Shown: positions 8,458-16,023, counted from the stretch's first letter. The stretch is 32,000 nucleotides of DNA from Candidatus Iainarchaeum sp. (GCA_030688545.1 JAUYHT010000006.1:270001-302000), one strand, 5' to 3'. Made by a program: numbers and translations. Notes: generated by a model not told the origin, from the sequence alone.

Positions 8458-8572
8458 CAAATTGCCTCCTTAATTGGGGTGGATGGAGTACTTGGGGTCG
8501 GCAAGGAATAAAAGGATAGGTTGTGTCACCTAGCCCAAAATAGATTAATGACGACTAAAATATTTCGTCCAC

Positions 8573-9040
8573 CTATCTATCGAGCATTACCTTCTTCATG
8601 ATCACGGGTTCCAATGGCGCGTCATTCCTTCCAGTGGGGGTTTTCCCAATGGCCTGCACCACCTCCATCCCCTCGATGACCTTTCCAAAGATGGCGTGCT
8701 TTCCATCCAGCCAGGGAGTGGGAACAAGAGTCACGAAAAACTGGCTGCCTCCTGTGTTAGGTCCCGCGTTCGCCATCGAAAGAATCCCGGGGGCGTTGTG
8801 TTTCAATCCTTCTCCAAATTCGTCCGGGATAGTATACCCCGGGCCCCCCGTTCCATTACCAGTGGGGTCGCCTCCCTGCAGCATGAAGCCCGCAATCACC
8901 CGGTGAAAAATCAACCCGTCATAGAATCCTTTAGTGACCAGGTCGAGGAAATTTTGGCTCGTCCGGGGGGCTTTATCCTGGAATAGTTCGGCCCTAAATC
9001 GGCCAAGAGTGGTTTCAAATGAGATGATGGGATTGGGCAT
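8573..9040 (-). CDS. Cyclophilin-type peptidyl-prolyl cis-trans isomerase
   Basis: ORF 8573..9148. The internal ATG at 9040 has GGAGG 8 nt upstream and gives [15 protein letters not shown]... Motifs [15 protein letters not shown] and [15 protein letters not shown]. Confidence 0.9.
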   Translation of the reverse strand: MPNPIISFETTLGRFRAELFQDKAPRTSQNFLDLVTKGFYDGLIFHRVIAGFMLQGGDPTGNGTGGPGYTIPDEFGEGLKHNAPGILSMANAGPNTGGSQFFVTLVPTPWLDGKHAIFGKVIEGMEVVQAIGKTPTGRNDAPLEPVIMKKVMLDR

Positions 9041-9194
9041 GATGGGTTCCTCCGGGATCAATGCACTATCCGTGGGCGCTAATGCATAAAAATGGAGATA
9101 GATGAGAAGCCCGTTGATCCCCATTTCCGGGAGAGAAAACTCCTCCATTTTCCTGGAAAAGCATCTTTTTTAACTCCATTTCCACGGTTTCCCC

Positions 9195-9857
9195 ATGCGC
9201 CGTCCCTTGAAATATTTTCCCTGCAAAATGCCGGCTTTCCGCGGGACCCTCCGGGTTTTGATACTGAATGGTTCACTAAAGCACGGATCCGAAAAATCCA
9301 ATACGCAGGCATTAGTGGAAATCGTATTGCGGTTCATGCGCACCCACGCAAAAATCAAAGTGGAAAGCATTCGGCTTTCCGATCGCCATATTGAAGTAGG
9401 ATTGGGTTTCAAAGAAAGCGAGCAGGATAAATGGCCTGAGATAGCCAAAAAGATTCGCGGAAGCGACATCATCCTTTTTGCCACCCCCATTTGGTGGGGC
9501 AACCGTTCCAGTTTAATGCAGCGGGTGATTGAGCGGTTAGATGCGTTTGACGAGGAACGTATGAAGGAAGGGCGGTCTTCCTTGTACAATAAAGTCGCCG
9601 GCATCGTAATCACCGGCAGCGAGGACGGGGCGCAGCAAACCATGGGGAGCCTCATGGAAGTGCTGAGCTGGATGGGCTTTACTTTACCCCCCGAATGCGC
9701 GGCCTATTGGGTGGGGGAAGTGGGTCAGAATCCAGCGAATGACAAGAAAAAAATGCTCAAGAATGCCGCGGCCAAATACATGGCCAAAACACTCGCACGG
9801 AATATGGCATACTATGCTAAATTGTTGAAAGTATATCCGTTGGAACCCCGGAAATGA
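9195..9857 (+). CDS. NAD(P)H-dependent FMN reductase / flavodoxin-like fold protein
   Basis: RVLILNGSLKHGS, DIILFATPIWWGNRSS and AGIVITGSEDGAQQ fit the FMN_red family. An alternative ATG lies at 9228. Confidence 0.65.
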   Translation: MRRPLKYFPCKMPAFRGTLRVLILNGSLKHGSEKSNTQALVEIVLRFMRTHAKIKVESIRLSDRHIEVGLGFKESEQDKWPEIAKKIRGSDIILFATPIWWGNRSSLMQRVIERLDAFDEERMKEGRSSLYNKVAGIVITGSEDGAQQTMGSLMEVLSWMGFTLPPECAAYWVGEVGQNPANDKKKMLKNAAAKYMAKTLARNMAYYAKLLKVYPLEPRK

Positions 9858-9875
9858 TTTTTTGGAATACAAGAC

Positions 9876-10310
9876 CTATTGGGGTTTGGGATAGCGATAA
9901 TTCACCAACCACTGAATGCTGAATTGATCCTGGAGCGACCCATAATAATCCCCCCAGGGTTGGTCGGCGATGGGCATTTCTATCTTTCCGCCTTGGGAGA
10001 GCGCATGGAATAGGCGGTCAGCTTCTTCTTTACTGTCAGGATGAATGGAAAGGTGAATGTTATTTCCTTTGATTAATTTCTGTCCTAGGGATTCCAAGAC
10101 ATCGGTGGCCATCAGCATGTGACCTTGTCCAATAGACAGTCCCACATGCATCACCTTGTTTTCATCCTCTTTTGAAATAGTCACTCCCTCCATGGGCATA
10201 TCCTTGAATCGCACAACAGGGGTTAATTCCCCCCCAAAAACGGATTGGTAGAAACGGAAGGCGTCTTCCGTATTCCCCGCAAAATTGAGATACGCGTTTA
10301 CTTGAATCAT
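9876..10310 (-). CDS. VOC/glyoxalase-fold protein (PhnB-like)
   Basis: ORF 9876..10352. The ATG at 10310 is preceded by GAGGTGA. MIQVNAYLNFAGNTEDAFRFYQSVFGG...MPIADQPWGDYYG is typical of PhnB-like VOC proteins. Confidence 0.7.
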   Translation of the reverse strand: MIQVNAYLNFAGNTEDAFRFYQSVFGGELTPVVRFKDMPMEGVTISKEDENKVMHVGLSIGQGHMLMATDVLESLGQKLIKGNNIHLSIHPDSKEEADRLFHALSQGGKIEMPIADQPWGDYYGSLQDQFSIQWLVNYRYPKPQ

Positions 10311-10335
10311 GGCTCTCACCTCGTTGTTGTTTTGA

Positions 10336-11244
10336 TCAGGGGTTCCCATCATAGGCTTTTTTCAACCCCCCAATATCGAATTTCTTCATTTTTAGAAATG
10401 CCTGCGTGACCCGTTTCTTTTTCTCAGGATCATTTGTTTGCATCATTTCATTCATCGCCTTCGGAACAATTTGCCAGGAAACCCCGAATTTGTCTTTCAA
10501 CCATCCGCATTGTTCGGCTTCAGGTACCGCCGAGAGCTTATCCCAGTAATAGTCGATCTCCCCCTGCGTCTCGCATTCGACGATGAGGGAGACTCCCTCG
10601 TTAAACCCAAAGGCATGGGGATAAGCGCTGTCCATGGCGGCGAACCATTGGTTTTCGAGCATAAAATCGGCAAACATAATGGTCCCTTCTTTGTCGTATT
10701 CGGCCCCTGCCGGATAACGGGCGGTTTGACCGCGTCGGGCATCCTTGAAAACGCTCACGTAGAAGTCGATGGCTTCCTCGGCCTGGCCCGCATGGTCCTT
10801 GGTGAATAGCAGCGAGGGTACGAGAGCCGTCCGCGATTCCCCTTCCGGATGGGTCAAAATAAGTTGCCAGGACACGCCGTACTTATCCTGCACCCACCCG
10901 TACCACTCGCTGAAGGGGTATTTCTGCAAGGGCATGAGTATTGTTCCCCCCGGCGTCAATTTTTCCCACAGTGCATCCAAATTTTTCCGCGCATGCGGGT
11001 CATTAGATGGATCAAAATTTACAAAAAACGAAATGGAAGGGTTAATTTTGAACAGGGGGCCCGCACTGATTGCCATGAAATCAAGTCCCGCAATGGAATA
11101 TGAAACGATATCGCAGTCCCCGGAGGGCGTGTCATGAATTTGCGTCACATATATGATTTTCGAGTCGGGAAACACAGAAGTATAAAATTCCGCGGCCTCT
11201 TTTGCTTCTTTGTCAAACCATAGGTGGGGGGCGATATTTGACAT
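10336..11244 (-). CDS. Two-domain VOC-family protein (3-demethylubiquinone-9 3-methyltransferase-domain type, duplicated)
   Basis: ORF 10336..11259 (GTG), ATG at 11244. It contains two similar halves (IAPHLWFDKEAKEAAEFYTSVF...YGVSWQL and LVPSLLFTKDHAGQAEEAIDFYVSVF...FGVSWQI). Confidence 0.7.
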   Translation of the reverse strand: MSNIAPHLWFDKEAKEAAEFYTSVFPDSKIIYVTQIHDTPSGDCDIVSYSIAGLDFMAISAGPLFKINPSISFFVNFDPSNDPHARKNLDALWEKLTPGGTILMPLQKYPFSEWYGWVQDKYGVSWQLILTHPEGESRTALVPSLLFTKDHAGQAEEAIDFYVSVFKDARRGQTARYPAGAEYDKEGTIMFADFMLENQWFAAMDSAYPHAFGFNEGVSLIVECETQGEIDYYWDKLSAVPEAEQCGWLKDKFGVSWQIVPKAMNEMMQTNDPEKKKRVTQAFLKMKKFDIGGLKKAYDGNP

Positions 11245-11377
11245 GAATACAATAAGCACCTAAACCGTTTAATATGAAATGGTCAAAAGAAAAAAAGATC
11301 CAAGTCAAGTGGATTATTTGGTCTCACAGATTCAGTGCGGTCTGGACCACAAACCAAACCCCAATCAATGACTTCTT

Positions 11378-11478
11378 CCCCGGCCTAAAGGCCGGGGTAT
11401 CCGATATGGGAAGGATGTCACCTACTCGCGTGATCGCTCGCCAAAAAATGGGCGACTCACGGTCGCCCTAAAGGGCGA
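11378..11478. other. Two GC-stem / TAAA-loop hairpins in the intergenic region (possible small structured RNA or terminators)
   Basis: ccccggcc-taaa-ggccgggg (11378-11397) and tcgccc-taaa-gggcga (11463-11478), with a further tcgcc/ggcga pairing between them. Strand unknown. Confidence 0.3.
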
Positions 11479-11488
11479 GGTATAAACC

Positions 11489-11520
11489 TTTTTGATGAAA
11501 CTTTTTTCTAAAAAGTTTCA
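11489..11520 (-). terminator. Copy of the T-tract palindromic element, 30 nt 3' of the multicopper oxidase stop
   Basis: tttttgatgaaacttttt-tct-aaaaagtttca. Perfect 11-bp inverted repeat 11496-11506 / 11510-11520 with T5-6 tracts on both strands. Confidence 0.5.
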
Positions 11521-11549
11521 ATAAGATTTATTGCCAGCTCGGCGATTCA

Positions 11550-13046
11550 TCATTCAACATGGATATTCGTCATCATTCCAGATTCCAAGTGTTCTGCAGT
11601 ATGACAATGAAGCATCCATTCGCCTGGATTTGAGAACTCCACCGCAATATCGATTGTGCTGCCCGATGGAATGAGCACGGTGTCTTTCCAGGAGGCATTT
11701 TCTACAGGTTTTCCATCAATGGTTAACACAACAAATCGTTGTCCGTGTAAATGAATAGGGTGTTGCATGGGGTGCATACTGTCTTTCAAATTCTTTAGTC
11801 GAATGACCTTCCATGAATCCATTGAAGCGGTCTGCATAATGTCCATATTTTCATTTCCAGTCACGGGGTCACGGAGAATCCACGTGACATCCTCGCTGGA
11901 AGTGCCAGCGTTCATCATGAACATAGAATCTTCCCATTCCACTCCATCGCTGCTTGTCCCCCCATGCATCGTATGTCCACCCCCCATCATGGATTCCATA
12001 GACGGCCAATCAAGCGCAATGTCATATTCCCAATCCGGTTCGATTCCCTTCAACATTTCAAGTTTCTCTATGGGGGGTAAATCAGCGGAATCTGGCACCC
12101 ATTCCGGTATATCCGATAATGCAATGGATGATGAGCCTACTTCTATCGTTCCAAAAACTGCTTTTCCGATGGGCGTTTGATTCAGCACTTCATACACCCC
12201 GGGTTGTGAAAATTGAACCTCCACGATGGCACGTTCGGAGGGGGCTAAGATAACTGCATCTGTTTCAACTGGCTCGGGCAAAAAACCTCCATCCATTGCC
12301 CGCACATATAACGTTTGTTCATCAATGGCAAAGCGCATGGGACGTGCATTTGAGACATTTACGAGCAAGAACCGAACCCACTCGCCCGTTTGAGTTTGTA
12401 CACGTGCATCCGATTGACCGTTTACCAAGAGCTGATTCCCGTACCGTCCCATGAGTGCGAACAACGTTTTGTCTCCTGAAACTTGGATTTTATTTTTTGA
12501 AAGTTGTATATCATCCAACGCCCACGTAAATTCTTTCATGACTGGCAATGGATTTTGAGGTTCGACCCAGATGAGTCCATACATTCCCAAGTCCTGCTGC
12601 CGGTCCTCTCGGACATGAGGATGGTACCAATATAATCCAGCGTCGGGAAAGATCAAATCATATTGATATGTCTTTCCCGATGCCACCTCCTTCTGAGTAC
12701 TGCCCGGGACACCATCATCTTTGTTGGCCACGCGAATTCCGTGCCAGTGTACGGTAGTAGGTTCGGGCAATTGATTAACAAAATTTATTTTGGCGTGCGA
12801 ACCCTGCTTGACTTTAAGGAAGGGACCTGGAATGCTTTCGTTATACGCGTATCCATTTTGTGAAATCCCTTCGAGCGTCCATCGCACGGGTGAGGCGGTT
12901 AATGTGAATGTTTCATTATCAGGTAAATTAATGACGAGGGATTCTTTCGTAGTCGGCAGAACGCTTGCAAAGGGAGTATTGTTTTCTACACAACCGGCGA
13001 GCGATGCTATAACAACAACTCCAAGAAGGACGAGTGAAAGATTCAT
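11550..13046 (-). CDS. Multicopper oxidase (laccase/CueO-like), putative lipoprotein
   Basis: All four copper-ligand blocks are present: HWHG, WYHPH, HPIHLHG, HCHTAEHLESGMM. There is a Met-rich insert (MESMMGGGHTMHGG...MFMMN) and an N-terminal signal with the lipobox LAGC. Confidence 0.9.
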   Translation of the reverse strand: MNLSLVLLGVVVIASLAGCVENNTPFASVLPTTKESLVINLPDNETFTLTASPVRWTLEGISQNGYAYNESIPGPFLKVKQGSHAKINFVNQLPEPTTVHWHGIRVANKDDGVPGSTQKEVASGKTYQYDLIFPDAGLYWYHPHVREDRQQDLGMYGLIWVEPQNPLPVMKEFTWALDDIQLSKNKIQVSGDKTLFALMGRYGNQLLVNGQSDARVQTQTGEWVRFLLVNVSNARPMRFAIDEQTLYVRAMDGGFLPEPVETDAVILAPSERAIVEVQFSQPGVYEVLNQTPIGKAVFGTIEVGSSSIALSDIPEWVPDSADLPPIEKLEMLKGIEPDWEYDIALDWPSMESMMGGGHTMHGGTSSDGVEWEDSMFMMNAGTSSEDVTWILRDPVTGNENMDIMQTASMDSWKVIRLKNLKDSMHPMQHPIHLHGQRFVVLTIDGKPVENASWKDTVLIPSGSTIDIAVEFSNPGEWMLHCHTAEHLESGMMTNIHVE

Positions 13047-13326
13047 GTGTAATGAATTATTAACAGTTCTTTAAATTAAGATGGTATTGGGATAAGCACT
13101 TATTTTTTGAAAAAATGACTTCAGAATAGAATATGAATGAAAAAAAATAACCCAATGGGTGGAAATTGGAATTGTGAATATACCCCATAAAAAACAAGTG
13201 GCTTTCAGTTTGGGCGAAACTGCCGATAGTATTATGCTATTTGGTCGCTCCCTCTTTTGATAGGCGCCGGAACTCGGCTATGAGTTGCAGCATCGCAAAT
13301 GACGTAAGTTTTCAACCTAGACGATG

Positions 13327-13352
13327 TACCTCGGGGGAGGTCTTAACCGCCC
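13327..13352. repeat. Partial direct repeat of the tRNA-Met(CAU) 3' end (att-like)
   Basis: tacctcgggggaggtcttaaccgccc versus tgcctcgggggagacttgaactcccg at 14349-14374. An exact 11-mer cctcgggggag; 18/26 matches ungapped. Confidence 0.3.
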
Positions 13353-13653
13353 AGTGCAACATGCTTACTGATTCAAACTCTTTGGATACTGGCTTAATGC
13401 ATAGCGACTATTTATTCATTGGCTCGAAAAAGGAAATTGTCCTATTTGGAATAAACATGGCGATCCAAACCGTCCCACAGTGTAGACAGCCGTGGCGAAC
13501 GCGCCCAATCAAAAGAAAACCAAGGGGTCGCGTTACCACTCTGTATCGCAGCGGCCTGGCAAAGTGAACCAGTGTCTCAGAGGCGAATTTTTGTGGCAGT
13601 TTTGTGCTATGCCTTTTTTAGAATCTACAAACATAACTGAAAATTGTTCTTAT

Positions 13654-14316
13654 TTAAAATCGTTTCCGGGAGATCACACGATGTTTTGATTGCCCATTTT
13701 TAGTGTATTTTTCAACCAGGACTATTTCTTTTGGGACATAGTCAAAGCGAAGAGAACTTCGATTGACTTTTTCACTCAAATCGCGGAGTTGATCGCTATC
13801 CATCTCTTTAGCAAGCGTGACATGAGGTGTATAATCAAACCTTTTTTGGGGCCATAATTCATATAACCATTTATTTAATTCTTTCAAAAAGCTGTTTGGA
13901 TCGCGTACACGGGCAAATAAGATATTCGGAGACTGAAATGTTCCAACTGGCTTTTTTCCACCAATTTGAATCATGGCAGCAGATGGAAGTATTGTTTTTT
14001 GAAATCGTTCAATTAGTTTGTTCAGTTCACTTGGTGTCATATTCCCAACAAAGTGTAGCGTGATATGCAGTTTTTCAGGGTGTTGTATTTTAATATTCCT
14101 CTTTCCAGAAAGACGATTAAGCCAATGTCGTTGAACTTGTTTTTGTTGTGCAGGCGTTAATCGAACTGCAAAGAATACACGACGCACATTAGAATGGGAG
14201 GAGTGTGCTATTCTCCTCGGAAATAAACGCCCTTTTTCCGACTTGAAACGTGTACGCCCTAATTTCGATGTGACACCTAACGCACGCGGCTTTTTTCCCC
14301 TTAACAAAGAATGCAT
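13654..14316 (-). CDS. 2H phosphoesterase superfamily protein (LigT/ThpR-like RNA 2',3'-cyclic phosphodiesterase) with a basic N-terminal extension
   Basis: Two H-x-T-x motifs at the usual spacing (KLHITLHFVG and TPHVTLAKE). About 45 extra basic residues precede the conserved VFFAVRL start, so the true start is uncertain. A TATA-like box at 14338-14348 abuts the tRNA. Confidence 0.65.
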   Translation of the reverse strand: MHSLLRGKKPRALGVTSKLGRTRFKSEKGRLFPRRIAHSSHSNVRRVFFAVRLTPAQQKQVQRHWLNRLSGKRNIKIQHPEKLHITLHFVGNMTPSELNKLIERFQKTILPSAAMIQIGGKKPVGTFQSPNILFARVRDPNSFLKELNKWLYELWPQKRFDYTPHVTLAKEMDSDQLRDLSEKVNRSSLRFDYVPKEIVLVEKYTKNGQSKHRVISRKRF

Positions 14317-14348
14317 GAATCCGAATAGATCACGAAATTATTAAATCA

Positions 14349-14422
14349 TGCCTCGGGGGAGACTTGAACTCCCGACCTCCGGGTTATGAATCCGGCGCTC
14401 TAGCCAACTGAGCTACCAAGGC
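14349..14422 (-). tRNA. tRNA with anticodon CAU (elongator Met, or Ile2 if C34 is modified)
   Basis: Acceptor GCCTTGG/CCGAGGC, D arm GCTC-AGTTGGCTA-GAGC, anticodon loop TTCATAA, T arm GGGAG-TTCAAGT-CTCCC, discriminator A. 74 nt. A31-C39 mismatch at the base of the anticodon stem. Confidence 0.85.
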
Positions 14423-14457
14423 AGGGTTTCGCCCCTGCGCGACGAGGGACTACGTTA

Positions 14458-14479
14458 GCAGGATTGCAAGCAATCCTGC
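14458..14479. other. Perfect 10-bp palindrome between the methyltransferase stop and the tRNA 5' end
   Basis: gcaggattgc-aa-gcaatcctgc. Possible terminator of the rpiA-like/MTase operon or a tRNA leader structure. Confidence 0.35.
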
Positions 14480-14580
14480 AGTAGGCCTAACTCAATCATT
14501 TCGGTTTCACAAGGCTTAAAAATGGGCCGAGATGAGCGCGTTAAACGATACCCAATCCAGCAATCGCACCCTAAAACAGT

Positions 14581-15291
14581 TCATACGTGAGGGTCCGGAA
14601 GTTGCACAGTGAAGCTGACCTTATTCTTCTTCACGTGCCACTCAGGATGCTCCCGTTTGAGCCGAGTATATACTTTTTCCCATTGAACATCTAGACCAAT
14701 TTCATCATTCACAATAATTCGATCGTGCGTTCCCAAAACAATTATACCCCCTGGCTTGAGTAGCGTGGCAAGTTTTTCGACATATGTATACGCGGTTTCG
14801 AACCCTGGCGACGTAGGTGAAACTAATTTAGGTAAAGGGTCCTTCATCAGGTATATTGTTCCCATGTTTGAATAAATTAAATCAAACCGGAGATGAGCGC
14901 GTTTGGTATAACGAAATAAATCCATGTCCACCCCGTGAATGAATATTACCCCCTCTTCCCTTCTCCATTCGGGGTATGAGTGTTTGGAGTACCCTATCAT
15001 CTGAATGTGTGGACCAAACTCCCGTTGCAATTCACCCATAGCCAATCCTGCACCGCACCCCCAATCCAGTACGTTCAGACGGGACGATTTTTTCATTCGA
15101 TGCCGCAGCCATCCAGCAATATCAAAGCGCAATTCCCCCGCCACAATGCGCAAGGAGGAGTGATCAAACGTATAATCAAAAGGAGAACGAGAATAGATTC
15201 GTTTTCCCTTCTGAGAGGCCACTCGTTCCACCCGAATCACACGAAGGGGCACGGGTTTTCCTTTTGGTTTGCTAGAGCGATAAACGGGCAT
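14581..15291 (-). CDS. Class I SAM-dependent methyltransferase
   Basis: ORF 14581..15303 (GTG), ATG at 15291. Motif I is LNVLDWGCGAGLA and the post-I/II pattern is present. It starts 8 nt after the upstream gene's stop. Confidence 0.7.
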   Translation of the reverse strand: MPVYRSSKPKGKPVPLRVIRVERVASQKGKRIYSRSPFDYTFDHSSLRIVAGELRFDIAGWLRHRMKKSSRLNVLDWGCGAGLAMGELQREFGPHIQMIGYSKHSYPEWRREEGVIFIHGVDMDLFRYTKRAHLRFDLIYSNMGTIYLMKDPLPKLVSPTSPGFETAYTYVEKLATLLKPGGIIVLGTHDRIIVNDEIGLDVQWEKVYTRLKREHPEWHVKKNKVSFTVQLPDPHV

Positions 15292-15299
15292 GCATCCCC

Positions 15300-15971
15300 T
15301 CACTCAAACGTCAGCCGGCTTTTCACCCTTATTTCAGTTTCCCCCACTAATACAAGTCGATCGGCCATTCCGAGGAAGAGGCCGGTTTCGAGTACGCCCG
15401 GGATGAGACGGGATTGGGAATCAATTTCCTCTAAAGTCAGTTTGTCGTCGATCGTGGCTTCTACCAGATAGTGGCCGGACTCCGAGAGGGGGGGTTCTTT
15501 CTCGTATTTTGAATAATCCACTCGTCCGATTTGCTCGAGCAGGAGCAGGGTGCGTTTCCACCCGAAGGTGCTGATCTCGAAGGGCACGTCCCCGTGGATT
15601 TTGTCATACATCTCCTGGCTCGGGAGGATGGCGATCATCTCTCCCGCGGATTGGGCGATCATCTTGTCTCGAACCAGGGAGTAGGTGATGCGTTTGGTGA
15701 AATTGTAGTCCGAATCCGCCTGAGAGACGAATTCGAAGGCGATATCCACCTCCCGCTCATTGAGCGTGGTTAAAGGCAGATGGAATTGTTGGGCCGTGTG
15801 CACCTGGCTCGTGGACGTGGGAATGAGGGGGATTTCCCAGTGGTTCTGCTCGCAGAGCAGACCCAGCTTCTTGAGGAAGAGGTCTCCCAATTGGTTGGTG
15901 CCTATGGCGATGACCTTCCCGTCCTTGACGTATTTGGCCAGGAACGCGTCCACGTGATCTTCCGAGAGCAT
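15300..15971 (-). CDS. Ribose-5-phosphate isomerase A-like protein with substituted active-site blocks
   Basis: End-to-end resemblance to RpiA (VIAIGT, IPLIPTS, IPGVLETGLF..ADRLVLVG), but GTGST, DGADE and KGGGG are replaced. A TATA-like cttatat box lies 20-29 nt upstream of the ATG. Confidence 0.65.
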   Translation of the reverse strand: MLSEDHVDAFLAKYVKDGKVIAIGTNQLGDLFLKKLGLLCEQNHWEIPLIPTSTSQVHTAQQFHLPLTTLNEREVDIAFEFVSQADSDYNFTKRITYSLVRDKMIAQSAGEMIAILPSQEMYDKIHGDVPFEISTFGWKRTLLLLEQIGRVDYSKYEKEPPLSESGHYLVEATIDDKLTLEEIDSQSRLIPGVLETGLFLGMADRLVLVGETEIRVKSRLTFE

Positions 15972-16023
15972 GCGGGAGAATGAGATTAGGGGGATATAAG
16001 GATTAGGGAGAAAAAGGAAGGAA

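Noticed and set aside
11274-11471. 65-aa plus-strand ORF in the VOC/MCO intergenic region
   Set aside because: It consists largely of the GC hairpins and has no start signals. It is more likely non-coding structure.
13241-13567. 108-aa plus-strand ORF in the long gap upstream of the LigT-like gene
   Set aside because: It has a non-ATG start context, no SD or TATA, and an odd composition. It is treated as non-coding (see the gap finding).
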